From assembly GCF_006345805.1 (NCBI RefSeq), contig NW_021827701.1, positions 1 to 11,380 on the forward strand: a stretch of DNA of 11,380 nt, read 5' to 3'. Source of the DNA: Octopus sinensis. Its lineage: Eukaryota. Positions 1 through 9,166 of the stretch are shown one piece after another. The notes under the pieces are model-generated. The model ran no database searches and was not told the DNA's origin. It saw only the letters and a program-made list of their open reading frames with translations. Made by a program: the position numbers and the translations under genes. Each line of letters starts with the position of its first letter. The first letter of the stretch is position 1.

Positions 1-1209
1 TCTCTCTTTTTCTCTCTGTGCTTCTCATTGCCTTTTCTTTCTTTCTTCCTCTTTCTCTTTTACTTGTCTCTATTTCTTTGATGTCCTTTCTCTTGTCCTT
101 TTCTCTCTCTCTCCCTTTCCTCTCTCTTTCTTCTTCTCTCATTCTCTCACATTTTATTTTCTATCTTTCTCTCTCTATGTCTCTTACTCTTTGTTCTCTC
201 TTTCTCTCTCTTTCCTTCCACTTTTTTCTCTCTCTCTTTTCTTTTATTACTTCCTCTCTCCCTCTCTTTTGTATCTTTCTTCCTCTCTCTATTTCCCACT
301 CTCTTTTCTCTCCTATATTCCCCTCTTTCCCTCTCTGTCTCTTTTCTCTTTCTCTTCCTCTTCTATACTTATCTCTCACTTTCTTTTTCCCCTTTTCCCT
401 CCTTCTTTCTCCCCCTCTCTTTTTCTCTTCTCTCCTTCTCCCCCACTCTTTTACCTTTCTCTCCTGCTTTACTTTCCTCTCTCTTTCTATTCTCTCTTCT
501 TTATCTCTCCCTTTTCTTTTACCTCTTTCTCTCTTTCTTTCCTCTCTTCCTCTTTCTCTCTGTTATCTCATTTCTCTGGCAATTTTTCTCTTCTCTCTTC
601 CTCTCACTCTCTCAATTTCCTTTTCTCTCTTCCTCCCTCTCCCTCTCTTTCTTTCAGTCTCTTTGTCCTTTCCTTTCCCTCTTCTTTCCCTCTTTTCCTA
701 TTCTCCCTTTAAGGGACTTACTTTTTTTCTTTTCTCTCCTCTCTTGCCTTCTCCCTTTCTTTTCTCTCTTTCTCCCTCTTTCTTTTCTCTCATTCTCTTT
801 ATCCCTTTTACGTCTCTTTTATCCCTCTCTTTCTCATTTCTCTCTCTCTTTCAGTGTTTGTTTTTCCTCTTTCTTCCTCTCTCTCTCTCTCCCATTTTCT
901 CTCTTTATTTCTCTCAGTACCTCTTTCTTCTCTCATCTTCCATCTTTCTCTCTTCCTCTCCCTCTTTCTCTTTTCAATTCTCGCTCTCTCCCTCTCTGCT
1001 TCTTTTCTCTCTCTTTTTATTTCCTGGCTTTCCTTCTCCCTATCTCTCTTTATCTCTTCCTTTTCTCTTATTCTTTCTCTGTTTTCTTTCTCCCTATCTC
1101 TCTCTATCTCTTTTCTTCTCTCTTTCAATCGTTTTCTTTGTCTGTTCTCTCTTTCTCTCTCATTTCCTCATTGTCTTTCTCTCTTTCTTTTTCTTTATCT
1201 CTCTCCCTT
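1..1209. repeat. Degenerate CT-rich low-complexity tract (left shoulder of the satellite; continues past the window edge)
   Basis: Almost only C and T on the + strand, with short (CT)n and T runs and scattered A/G. I cannot see the 122-bp period here. Confidence 0.95.
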
Positions 1210-1707
1210 TCGTCTTCTCTTTCTTCCTCTCGTTTCTTTTTATCCTTCTTCCTCTCTCTCACTCTTTCATTTCTCTCCTTTTTCTCGTTTCTTTCTCTCT
1301 CTCTCACTCCTTTCTCGCTCTCTCACTTTTAACTCCTTCTTTCTCCCTCTTGTTTTCTTTTTATCCTTCTCTCTCCACTCTTTCATTTCTCTCTTTCTTC
1401 CTCTCGTTTCTTTCTCTCTCTCTCTTTCTTTTCTCGCTCTCTCGCATTTTTCTCCTTCCTTCTCCCTCTCGTTTTCTTTTTATCCTTCTTCCTCTCTCTC
1501 ACTTTCATTTCTCTCTGTCTTCCTCTCTTTTCTTTTTCTCTCTCTTTTTTTTCTCGCTCTCTCACTTTTTTCTCCTTTCTTCCTCTTGTTTTCTTTTTAT
1601 CCTTCTTCCTCTCTCTCACTCTTTCATTTCTCTCATTCTTCCTCTCGTTTCTTTTTCTCTCTCTTTCTTTTCTCGCTCTCTCACTTTTTTCTCCTTCTTT
1701 CTCCCTC

Positions 1708-2473
1708 TCGTTTTCTTTTTATCCTTCTCCCTCTCTCTCACTCTTTCATTTCTCTCTTTTTACCGCTATTTCTTTTTCTCTCTCTATTTTTTCTCGCTCT
1801 CTCGCTTATTCTCTTTCTTTCACCTTCTCGTTTTCTCTTTATCCTTCTTCCTCTCTCTCACTCTTTCATTTCTCTCTTTCTTCCTCTCGTTTCTTTCTCT
1901 CACTCTCCTTCTTTACTCGCTCACTCACTTTTTTCTCCTTCTTTCTTCCTCGCGTTTTCTTTTCATCCTTCTTCCTCTCTCACTGATTTCTTTTTCTCTC
2001 TTTCCTTCTTTCTCCCTCTCGTTTTCTTTTTATCCTTATTCCTCTCACTCACTCTTTCATTTCTCTTTTCTTCCTCTCGTTTCTTTCTCTCTCTCTTTCT
2101 TTTCTCACCCTCTCGGTTTTTGTCATTCTTTCTCCCTCTCGTTTGCTTTTTATTCTTCTTCCTCTCTCTCACCCTTTCATTTCTCTCTTTCTCCCTCTCG
2201 TTTATTTTTATCCTTCTTCCTCTCTCTCATTCTTTCATTTCTTTCTTTCTTCCTCTCTTTCTATTCTTTCTCTCTCGCTTTTTTTCCTTCTTTCTCCCTC
2301 TCTTTTTGTTTTTATTCTTGTTCCTCTCTCTCACTCTTTCATTTCCCTCTTTCCTCCTCTAATTTCATTTTCTCTCTCTTTCTTTTCTCGCTCTCTCACT
2401 TTTTTCTCCTTCTTTCTTCCTCTCGTTTTCTTTTTATCCTTCTTCCTCTCTCTCACTCTTTCATTTCTCTCTT
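1708..2473 (+). repeat. Copy A of a ~766-bp near-exact duplication (offset 1577)
   Basis: Rare landmarks recur at exactly +1577: taccgc 1761/3338, tgattt 1984/3561, cggttt 2114/3691, aattt 2361/3938. The ORF track also gives identical peptides at 1963/3540 and identical peptide starts at 2143/3720. Confidence 0.92.
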
Positions 2474-3284
2474 TCTTCCTCTCGTTTCTTTTTCTCTCTC
2501 TTTCTTTTCTCGCTCTCTCGCTTTTTTCTCCTTTCTCCCTCTCGTTTTCTTTTCTTCTTCTTCCTCTCTCTCACTCTTTCATTTCTCTCTTTCTTCCTCT
2601 CGTTTCTTTTTCTCTCTCTTTCTTTTCTCGCTCTCTCGCTTCTTTCTCCTTCTTTCTCCCTCGCTTTTGCTTTTTATCTTTCTTCCTCTCGTTTCTTTTT
2701 CTCTCTCTCTTTGTTTTCTCGCCCTCTCGCTTTTTTCTCCTTCTTTCTCCTTCTCGTTTCCTTTTCTCTCTCTTCTTCCTCTCCTCACTCTTCATTTCTT
2801 CTCTTTCTTTCCCCTCGTTTTCTTTTCTCTTCTCTCTTTCTTTTCTCGCTCTCTCGCTTTTTTCTCCTTCGTTCTCCCTCTCTTTTTTCTTTTTATCCTT
2901 CTTCCTCTCCCTCACTCTTCCTTTTCTCTCTTTCTTCCTCTCGTTTCTTTTCTCTCTCTCTTTCTTTTCCTCGCCCTCTCGCTTTTTTCTCCTTCTTTCT
3001 CCCTCTCGTTTTTTTTTATCCTTCTTCCTCTCTCTCACTCTTTCATTTCTCTTCTCTTTCCTTTCTTTCCTCCTCTCTTTCTTTTTCTCTCTCTTTTTTT
3101 TTTTCTCGCTCTCTCTCACTTTTTTCCCTTTCTTCCTCTTGTTTTCTTTTTATTATTCCTTCTTCCTCTCTCTCACTCTTTCATTTCTCTCATTCTTCCT
3201 CTCGTTTTCTTTTTTCTCTCTCTTTCTTTTCTTCTCTTCTTCGCCTCTCTCTCACTTTTTTCTCCTTCTTTCTCCCTCTCGTTT

Positions 3285-4050
3285 TCGTTTTCTTTTTATC
3301 CTTCTCCCTCTCTCTCACTCTTTCATTTCTCTCTTTTTACCGCTATTTCTTTTTCTCTCTCTATTTTTTCTCGCTCTCTCGCTTATTCTCTTTCTTTCAC
3401 CTTCTCGTTTTCTCTTTATCCTTCTTCCTCTCTCTCACTCTTTCATTTCTCTCTTTCTTCCTCTCGTTTCTTTCTCTCACTCTCCTTCTTTACTCGCTCA
3501 CTCACTTTTTTCTCCTTCTTTCTTCCTCGCGTTTTCTTTTCATCCTTCTTCCTCTCTCACTGATTTCTTTTTCTCTCTTTCCTTCTTTCTCCCTCTCGTT
3601 TTCTTTTTATCCTTATTCCTCTCACTCACTCTTTCATTTCTCTTTTCTTCCTCTCGTTTCTTTCTCTCTCTCTTTCTTTTCTCACCCTCTCGGTTTTTGT
3701 CATTCTTTCTCCCTCTCGTTTGCTTTTTATTCTTCTTCCTCTCTCTCACCCTTTCATTTCTCTCTTTCTCCCTCTCGTTTATTTTTATCCTTCTTCCTCT
3801 CTCTCATTCTTTCATTTCTTTCTTTCTTCCTCTCTTTCTATTCTTTCTCTCTCGCTTTTTTTCCTTCTTTCTCCCTCTCTTTTTGTTTTTATTCTTGTTC
3901 CTCTCTCTCACTCTTTCATTTCCCTCTTTCCTCCTCTAATTTCATTTTCTCTCTCTTTCTTTTCTCGCTCTCTCACTTTTTTCTCCTTCTTTCTTCCTCT
4001 CGTTTTCTTTTTATCCTTCTTCCTCTCTCTCACTCTTTCATTTCTCTCTT
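3285..4050 (+). repeat. Copy B of the ~766-bp near-exact duplication
   Basis: Same landmarks as copy A with no net indel between them; similarity continues outward but becomes indel-rich. Confidence 0.92.
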
Positions 4051-4939
4051 TTTTCCTCTTCGTTTTTCTTCTTCTTTTCTCTCATCTCTTTCTTTTCTTC
4101 TCGCTCTCCTCGTTTCTTTTTTCCTCTCGTTCTTTTCTCCTCTCTCTCTCGCTTTTTTCTCCTTCTTTCTCCCTCTCGTTTTCTTTTCATTCTTCTTCCT
4201 CTCTCTCACTCTTTCATTTCTTTCTTTTTTCTCTTGTTTCTTTTTCTCTCTCTCTTTCCTTTCTCCTTCTTTCTCCCTCTCGTTTTCTTTTTATCCTTCT
4301 TTCTCTCTCTCACACTTTCATTTCTCTCTTTCTTCCTCTCGTTTCTTTTTCTCTCTCTTTCTTTTCTCGCCCTCTCGCTTTTTTCTCCTTCTTTCTCCCT
4401 ATCGTTTTCTTTTTATCCTTCTTCCTCTCTCTCACTCTTTCATTTCTCTCTTTCTTCCTCTCGTTTCTTTTTCTCTCTCTTTCTTTTCTCGCCCTCTCGC
4501 TTTTTTCTCCTTTCTCCCTCTCGTTTTCTTTTCATCCTTCTTCCTCTCTCTCACTCTTTCATTTCTCTCTTTCATCCTCTCGTTTCTTTTTCTCTCTCTT
4601 TCTTTTCTCGCTCTCTTGCTTCTTTCTCCTTCTTTCTCCCTCGCTTTTGCTTTTTATCTTTCTTCCTCTCGTTTCTTTTTCTCTCTCTCTTTGTTTTCTC
4701 GCCCTCTCGCTTTTTTCTCCTTCTTTCTCCTTCTCGTTTTCTTTTTATCCTTCTTACTCTCTCTCACTCTTTCATTTCTCTCTTTCTTCCTCTCGTTTCT
4801 TTTCCTCACTCTTTCTTTTCTCGATCTCACGCGTTTTTCTCCTTCGTTCTCCCTCTCGTTTTCTTTTTATCCTTCTTCCTCTCCCTCACTCCGTCATTTC
4901 TCTCTTTCTTTCTCTCGTTTCTTTTTCTCTCTGTCTTTC

Positions 4940-5750
4940 TTTTCTCGCCCTCTCGCATTTTTCTCCTTCTTTCTCCCTCTCGTTTTATTTTTATCCTTTT
5001 CCTCTCTCTCACACTTTCATTTCTCTCTTTCTTCCTCTCGTTTCTTTCTCTCTCTCTCCTTCTTTTCTCACTCTCTCGCTTTTTTATCCTTCTTCCTACC
5101 TCTCGTTTGCTTTTTATTCTTCTTCCTCTCTCTCACCCTTTCATTTCTCTCTTTCTCCATATCGTTTTCTTTTTATCCTTCTTCCTCTCTCTCACTCTTT
5201 CATTTCTCTCTTTCATCCTCTCGTTTCTTTTTCTCTCTCTTTCTTTTCTCGCTCTCGTTTTTTTCTTCTTTCTCCTTCTTCCTCTCTCTCACTCTTTCAT
5301 TTCTCTCTTTCTTTCTCTCGTTTCTTTTTCTCTCTCTCTTTCTTTTCTCGCCCTCTCGCATTTTTCTCCTTCTTTCTCCCTCTCGTTTTCTTTTTATCCT
5401 TTTCCTCTCTCTCACACTTTCATTTCTCTCTTTCTTCCTCTCGTTTTTTTCTCTCTTTCTCCTTCTTTTCTCACTCTCTCGCTTTTTTCTCCTTCTTCCT
5501 ACCTCTCGTTTGCTTTTTATTCTTCTTCCTCTCTCTCACCCTTTCATTTCTCTCTTTCTCCATATCGTTTTCTTTTTATGCTTCTTCCTCTCTCTCACTC
5601 TTTCATTTCTCTCTTTCATCCTCTCGTTTCTTTTTCTCTCTCTTTCTTTTCTCGCTCTCGTTTTTTTCTTCTTTCTCCTTCTTCCTGTCTCTCACTCTTT
5701 CATTTCTCTCTTTCTTCCTCTCGTTTCTTTTTCTCTCTCTTTCTTTTCTC
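4940..5750 (+). repeat. Tandem 403-bp higher-order repeat (2 copies)
   Basis: Landmarks at +403: gcattt 4955/5358, the A of cctacc 5098/5501, catatcg 5158/5561. Internal unit lengths 123+125+58+97 sum to 403. Confidence 0.9.
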
Positions 5751-6079
5751 GCTCTCACTTTTTTTCCTTCTTCCTCCCTCTCGTTTTCTTTTTATCCTTC
5801 TTCCTCTCTCTCACTCTTTCATTTCTCTCTTTCTTCCTCTCGTTTCTCTTTCTCTCGCTTTCTTTTCTCGCTCTCGCTTTTTTCTCCTTCTTTCTCCCTC
5901 TCGTTTTCTTTTTATTCTTCTTCCTCACTCTCATTCTTTCTTCATCTCGTTTCCTTTTCTTTCTCTTTCTTTTCTCGCTCTCGCTTTTTTCCTTTTTTCT
6001 CCCTCTCGTTTTCTTTTTATCCGTCTTCCTCTCTCTCACACTTTCATTTCTCTCTTTCTTCCTCTCGTTTCTTTTTCTC

Positions 6080-6580
6080 TCTTTCTTTTCTCGCCCTCTC
6101 GCTTATTTCTCCTTCTTTCTCCCTCTCGTTTATTTTTATCCTTCGCCCTCTCTCTCACTCTTTCATTTCTCTCATTCTTCCTCTCGTTTCTTTTCCTCAC
6201 TCTTTCTTTTCTCGATCTCTCGCGTTTTTCTCTTTCGTTCTCCCCCTCGTTTTCTTTTTATCCTTCTTCCTCTCCCTCACTCTGTCATTTCTCTCTTTCT
6301 TCCTCTCGTTTCTTTTTCTCTCTCTTTCTTTTCTCGCCCTCTCGCTTATTTCTCCTTCTTTCTCCCTCTCGTTTATTTTTATCCTTCGCCCTCTCTCTCA
6401 CTCTTTCATTTCTCTCTTTCTTCCTCTCGTTTCTTTTCCTCACTCTTTCTTTTCTCGATCTCTCGCGTTTTTCTCTTTCGTTCTCCCCCTCGTTTTCTTT
6501 TTATCCTTCTTCCTCTCCCTCACTCTGTCATTTCTCTCTTTCTTCCTCTCGTTTCTTTTTCTCTCTCTCTTTCTTTTCTC
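6080..6580 (+). repeat. Tandem 243-bp higher-order repeat (dimer of the monomer, 2 copies)
   Basis: Landmarks at +243: gcttattt 6101/6344 and gatctc 6214/6457. Confidence 0.9.
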
Positions 6581-7790
6581 GTCCTCTCCTTTTTTCTCCT
6601 TCTTTCTCCCTCTCGTTTTCTTTTTATCCTTCTTCCTCTCTCTCACACTTTCATTTCTCTCTTTCTTCCTCTCGTTTCTTTCTCTCTCTCTCCTTCTTTT
6701 CTCGCTCTCTCGCTTTTTTCTCCTTCTTTCTCCCTCTCGTTTTCTTTTTATCCTTCTTCCTCTCTCTCACTCTTTCATTTCTCTCTTTCTTCCTCTCGTT
6801 TCTTTTCCTCACTCTTTCTTTTCTCGATCTCTCGTGTTTTTCACTTTCGTTCTCCCTCTCGTTTTCTTTTTATCCTTCTTCCCCTCTCTCTCTTTCATTT
6901 CTCTTTTTCTTCCCCTCGTTTCTTTTTCTCTGTCTTTCTTTTCTCGCTCTCTCACTTTTTTCTCCTTCTTTCTCCCTCTCGTTTGCTTTTTATTCTTCTT
7001 CCTCTCTCTCACCCTTTCATTTCTCTCTTTCTCCCTATTGTTTTCTTTTTATCCTTCTTCCTCTCTCTCACTCTTTCATTTCTCTATTTCTTCCTGTCGT
7101 TTCTTTTTCTCTCTCTTTCTTTTCTCGCCCTCTCGCTTTTTTCTCCTTCTTTCTCCGTCTTGTTTGCTTTTTGTCCTTCGCCCTCTTTCTCACTCTTTCA
7201 TTTCTCTCTTTCTTCCTCTCGTTTATTTTTCTCTCTCTTTCTTTTCTCGCTCTCTCGCTTTTTTCTCCTTCTTTCTCCTCTCGTTTTCTTTTTATCCTTC
7301 TTCCTCTCTCTCACTCTTTCATTTCTCTCTTCCTCTCGTTTCTTTTTCTCTCTCTTTCTTTTCTCGCTCACTTTCTTTTTTCTCCTTCTTTCTCCCTCTC
7401 ATTTGCTTTTAATCCTTCTTCCTCTCTCTCACTCTTTCATTTCTCAATTTCAACCTCTCGTTTCTTTTTCTCTCACTTTCTTTTCTCGCTCTCTCGCTTT
7501 TTTCTCCTTCTTTCTCCCTCTCGTTTTCTTTTTATCCTTCTTCCTCTCTCTCACCCTTTCATTTCTCTCTTTCTTCCTCTCGTTTCTTTTTCTCTCTCTT
7601 TCTTTTCTCGCTCTCCCGCTTTTTTCTCCTTCTTTCTCCCTATCGTATGCTTTTTATCCTTCTTCCTCTCTCTCACCCTTTCATTTCTCTCTTTGTCCCT
7701 CTCGTTTTCTTTTTATCCTTCTTCCTCTCTCTCACTCTTTCATTTCTCTTTTTCTTCCTCTCGTTTCTTTTTCTCACTCTTTCTTTTCTC

Positions 7791-7968
7791 TCCCGTTTTC
7801 TTTTTTCAATCTCATACTCTTTATCTTTTCTCTCTTTTTTTCTCTCTCGCTTTCTTTTTCGTTTCTCTTTTTGTCTTCTCTATAGTTCTCTCTCAATTTT
7901 CCTTTTTTTACTTCTATTTTTCTATTGCTCTCTTCTTTTTTCTCTTTCTTTTTCTTTCTCTCTTCTAA
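7791..7968. repeat. Degenerate CT/T-rich right shoulder of the satellite, abutting a SINE 3' end
   Basis: Pyrimidine-rich without the 122-bp period; the pyrimidine bias stops abruptly at about 7968. Confidence 0.85.
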
Positions 7969-8188
7969 TTGTTTCAGTCATGAGACTCCTCCTCGATTTT
8001 GTCTTTTATGTGTGGTACCTTTTCTGTCTAATTCGCACCAACCTATAGCTCTCTTTTGATTCAGGGCTATGTAACAGGGATGAATTTACATCAACACCGG
8101 TTATCAATTACCTGTTAGGGACACACACTAGTATAGATACACATGCATACACACACAAAGAGAGACACACACACACATATATATACGA
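7969..8188 (-). mobile_element. Old, diverged 5'-truncated copy of the same SINE family as 9725-10097
   Basis: Reverse complement of 8042-8107 aligns ungapped to 9921-9986 at 45/66 identity. Reverse complement of 7969-7989 (ggagtctcatgactgaaacaa) matches the SINE terminus 10060-10080 (gcagtcaaatgactgaaacaa) at 18/21, including 13 exact nt. The internal TA/TG microsatellite is present in the homologous place (8121-8186). Confidence 0.85.
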
Positions 8189-8242
8189 GTTAATTACACC
8201 TGTAAGGATGTGTTTTATCAATTCACCAAAGCGAATGGAGCC

Positions 8243-8800
8243 TGCAGAAAGCTCTTATATCTGTCTCACTTCCGTTCATGGGCCTCGTTACAACCCGCTC
8301 CCCACTTGACTGTTCGTTCAACTATGATAATTTTCTAGGCTTTTACAGACCACAAAACCACATCAGGCCTCAGGGTTGTATGGAAAACCTGGGGAAACTG
8401 CAATATCTTCCTTAAATCTACCTTCATATCCCATGGTTGAGACCCTTGCAGCAAGCTATGTATTGCTTTTGCTGGCTTTACTGGTTTCTCTCCCTCTTTC
8501 ACGAACTTATTTGCGGCAGTTATCTTCCCTTGGTGATGATGTTTCTTACACCTTTACTGCTCCAGGGTGTGAGCAAGTATTTGTATCTGCCTTGAGAAAG
8601 AGTTATTCTGCACCCTGCCAAGATGTGTGCTAGAGTGCGCCTTTCCCACAAAGTCTACGCAGCTGGTCTTCCCTCAAACCCTATTTGTACAGGTTTGTTG
8701 GCGTCGGGAGTGTGTCATACACAGCTCCATGCAGGAAGGAGATGTGCAAAGGTTCCAGCCTCCACAGGTCAGTCCATGTGATCTTCCTCTTAGGGAGATC
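8243..8800 (-). mobile_element. Decayed non-LTR retrotransposon ORF fragment: post-RT region, CCHC zinc knuckle and restriction-like endonuclease (HERO-clade-like)
   Basis: Manual minus-strand translation: DLPKRKITWTDLWRLEPLHISFLHGAVYDTLPTPTNLYK*GLREDQLRRLCGKG / TLAHILAGCRITLSQGRYK / AHTLEQ*RCKK...FVKEGEKP...WDMKVDLRKILQFPQVFHTTLRPDVVLWSVKS / IIVERTVKWGAGCNEAHERK*DRYKS. HILAGC is at 8610-8628 and LRPD at 8362-8373. It carries in-frame stops (e.g. TAG 8681-8683) and frameshifts. The clade assignment is from recalled motif similarity. Confidence 0.88.
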
Positions 8801-9001
8801 TGCCTCTCATCTCTTGGACTGAATACTTCCCGCCAGAACACCCCATTGCAGTGTTTGATGGATTTCTTTCTCACTCACATTCCATCAATTATGTCATGTC
8901 TCAATGTTTGGTTAAATATTTATAAAAATGTCGATGATGAGGATTAGAGAAAAGAGGTGAAGAAAGAAATGAAATATCATGGACAAATATATGTGGCTAC
9001 T

Positions 9002-9041
9002 TTTCATATTGTGTATAAAACATTTCATATTGTGTATAAAA
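9002..9041. repeat. Short tandem duplication (19-nt unit, period 21)
   Basis: tttcatattgtgtataaaa at 9002-9020 and 9023-9041. Confidence 0.9.
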
Positions 9042-9086
9042 TAATAAACAGTCAAATTTGAGAAGGCAATAAAGAGAACAACTTAC

Positions 9087-9166
9087 TATTGTTGGATCCT
9101 TTTTCACTAATTTTTGAATTCCTTCGACGTCACCATTTCTAATTTTCTGTCTGAAATCCTCCATGT
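9087..9166 (-). CDS. Probable 80-nt spliced exon encoding MEDFRQKIRNGDVEGIQKLVKKDPTI (ankyrin-repeat-like helix-turn-helix)
   Basis: Acceptor side: AG-free pyrimidine tract ttctttcttttttgactgtttttattcaaaag (AG at 9168-9167) with a branch-like TTGAC at 9187-9183. Donor side: ATA|GTAAGT (9086-9081). There are 26 open codons from ATG 9164. The pattern F...I.NGD.E.I.KL....P resembles ankyrin-repeat starts (for example the myotrophin-type NGD motif). Confidence 0.65.

Larger units (their letters stand above)
1210..7790. repeat. 122-bp polypyrimidine/polypurine minisatellite, roughly 50-55 unit lengths, with higher-order repeats
   Basis: Consensus is ttttttctccttctttctccctctcgttttctttttatccttcttcctctctctcactctttcatttctctctttcttcctctcgtttctttttctctctctttcttttctcgctctctcgc (122 nt, 3 A, 4 G); 4379-4500 is a near-consensus copy. 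The cactctttcattt-type landmark recurs at 4311, 4433, 4552; 6156, 6278, 6399, 6521, 6644, 6768; 7191, 7312, 7430, 7552, 7674 (spacing 118-124), with occasional 58-59 and 97 bp units. Confidence 0.95.

Noticed and set aside
161-7012. Minus-strand R/K/E-rich ORFs
   Set aside because: These are translations of the GA-rich strand of the satellite, repeated once per monomer with frame shifts; there is no coding signature.
1210-7790. CRISPR-like or other repeat-spacer array
   Set aside because: There are no unique spacers; the whole unit repeats, the context is eukaryotic and no cas-like genes are present.
18-7968. Giant plus-strand ORFs of 500-1700 aa (F/L/S/P-rich, superficially like membrane proteins)
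   Set aside because: All three frames are open at once because TAA/TAG/TGA need two purines, which are nearly absent. The 122-bp period is not a multiple of 3, indels ignore frame, and starts are TTG/GTG/CTG-type.
8873-8901. Possible 21-nt minus-strand exon (AG|ACATGACATAATTGATGGAAT|GTGAGT)
   Set aside because: After the phase-0 donor at 9087 it reads ACA TGA (immediate stop), and the acceptor is purine-rich close to the AG.
8376-8947. ORFs 8376-8633 (+), 8627-8947 (+) and 8674-8874 (-)
   Set aside because: They are antisense or off-frame readings of the decayed LINE fragment; the meaningful frame is interrupted by stops.
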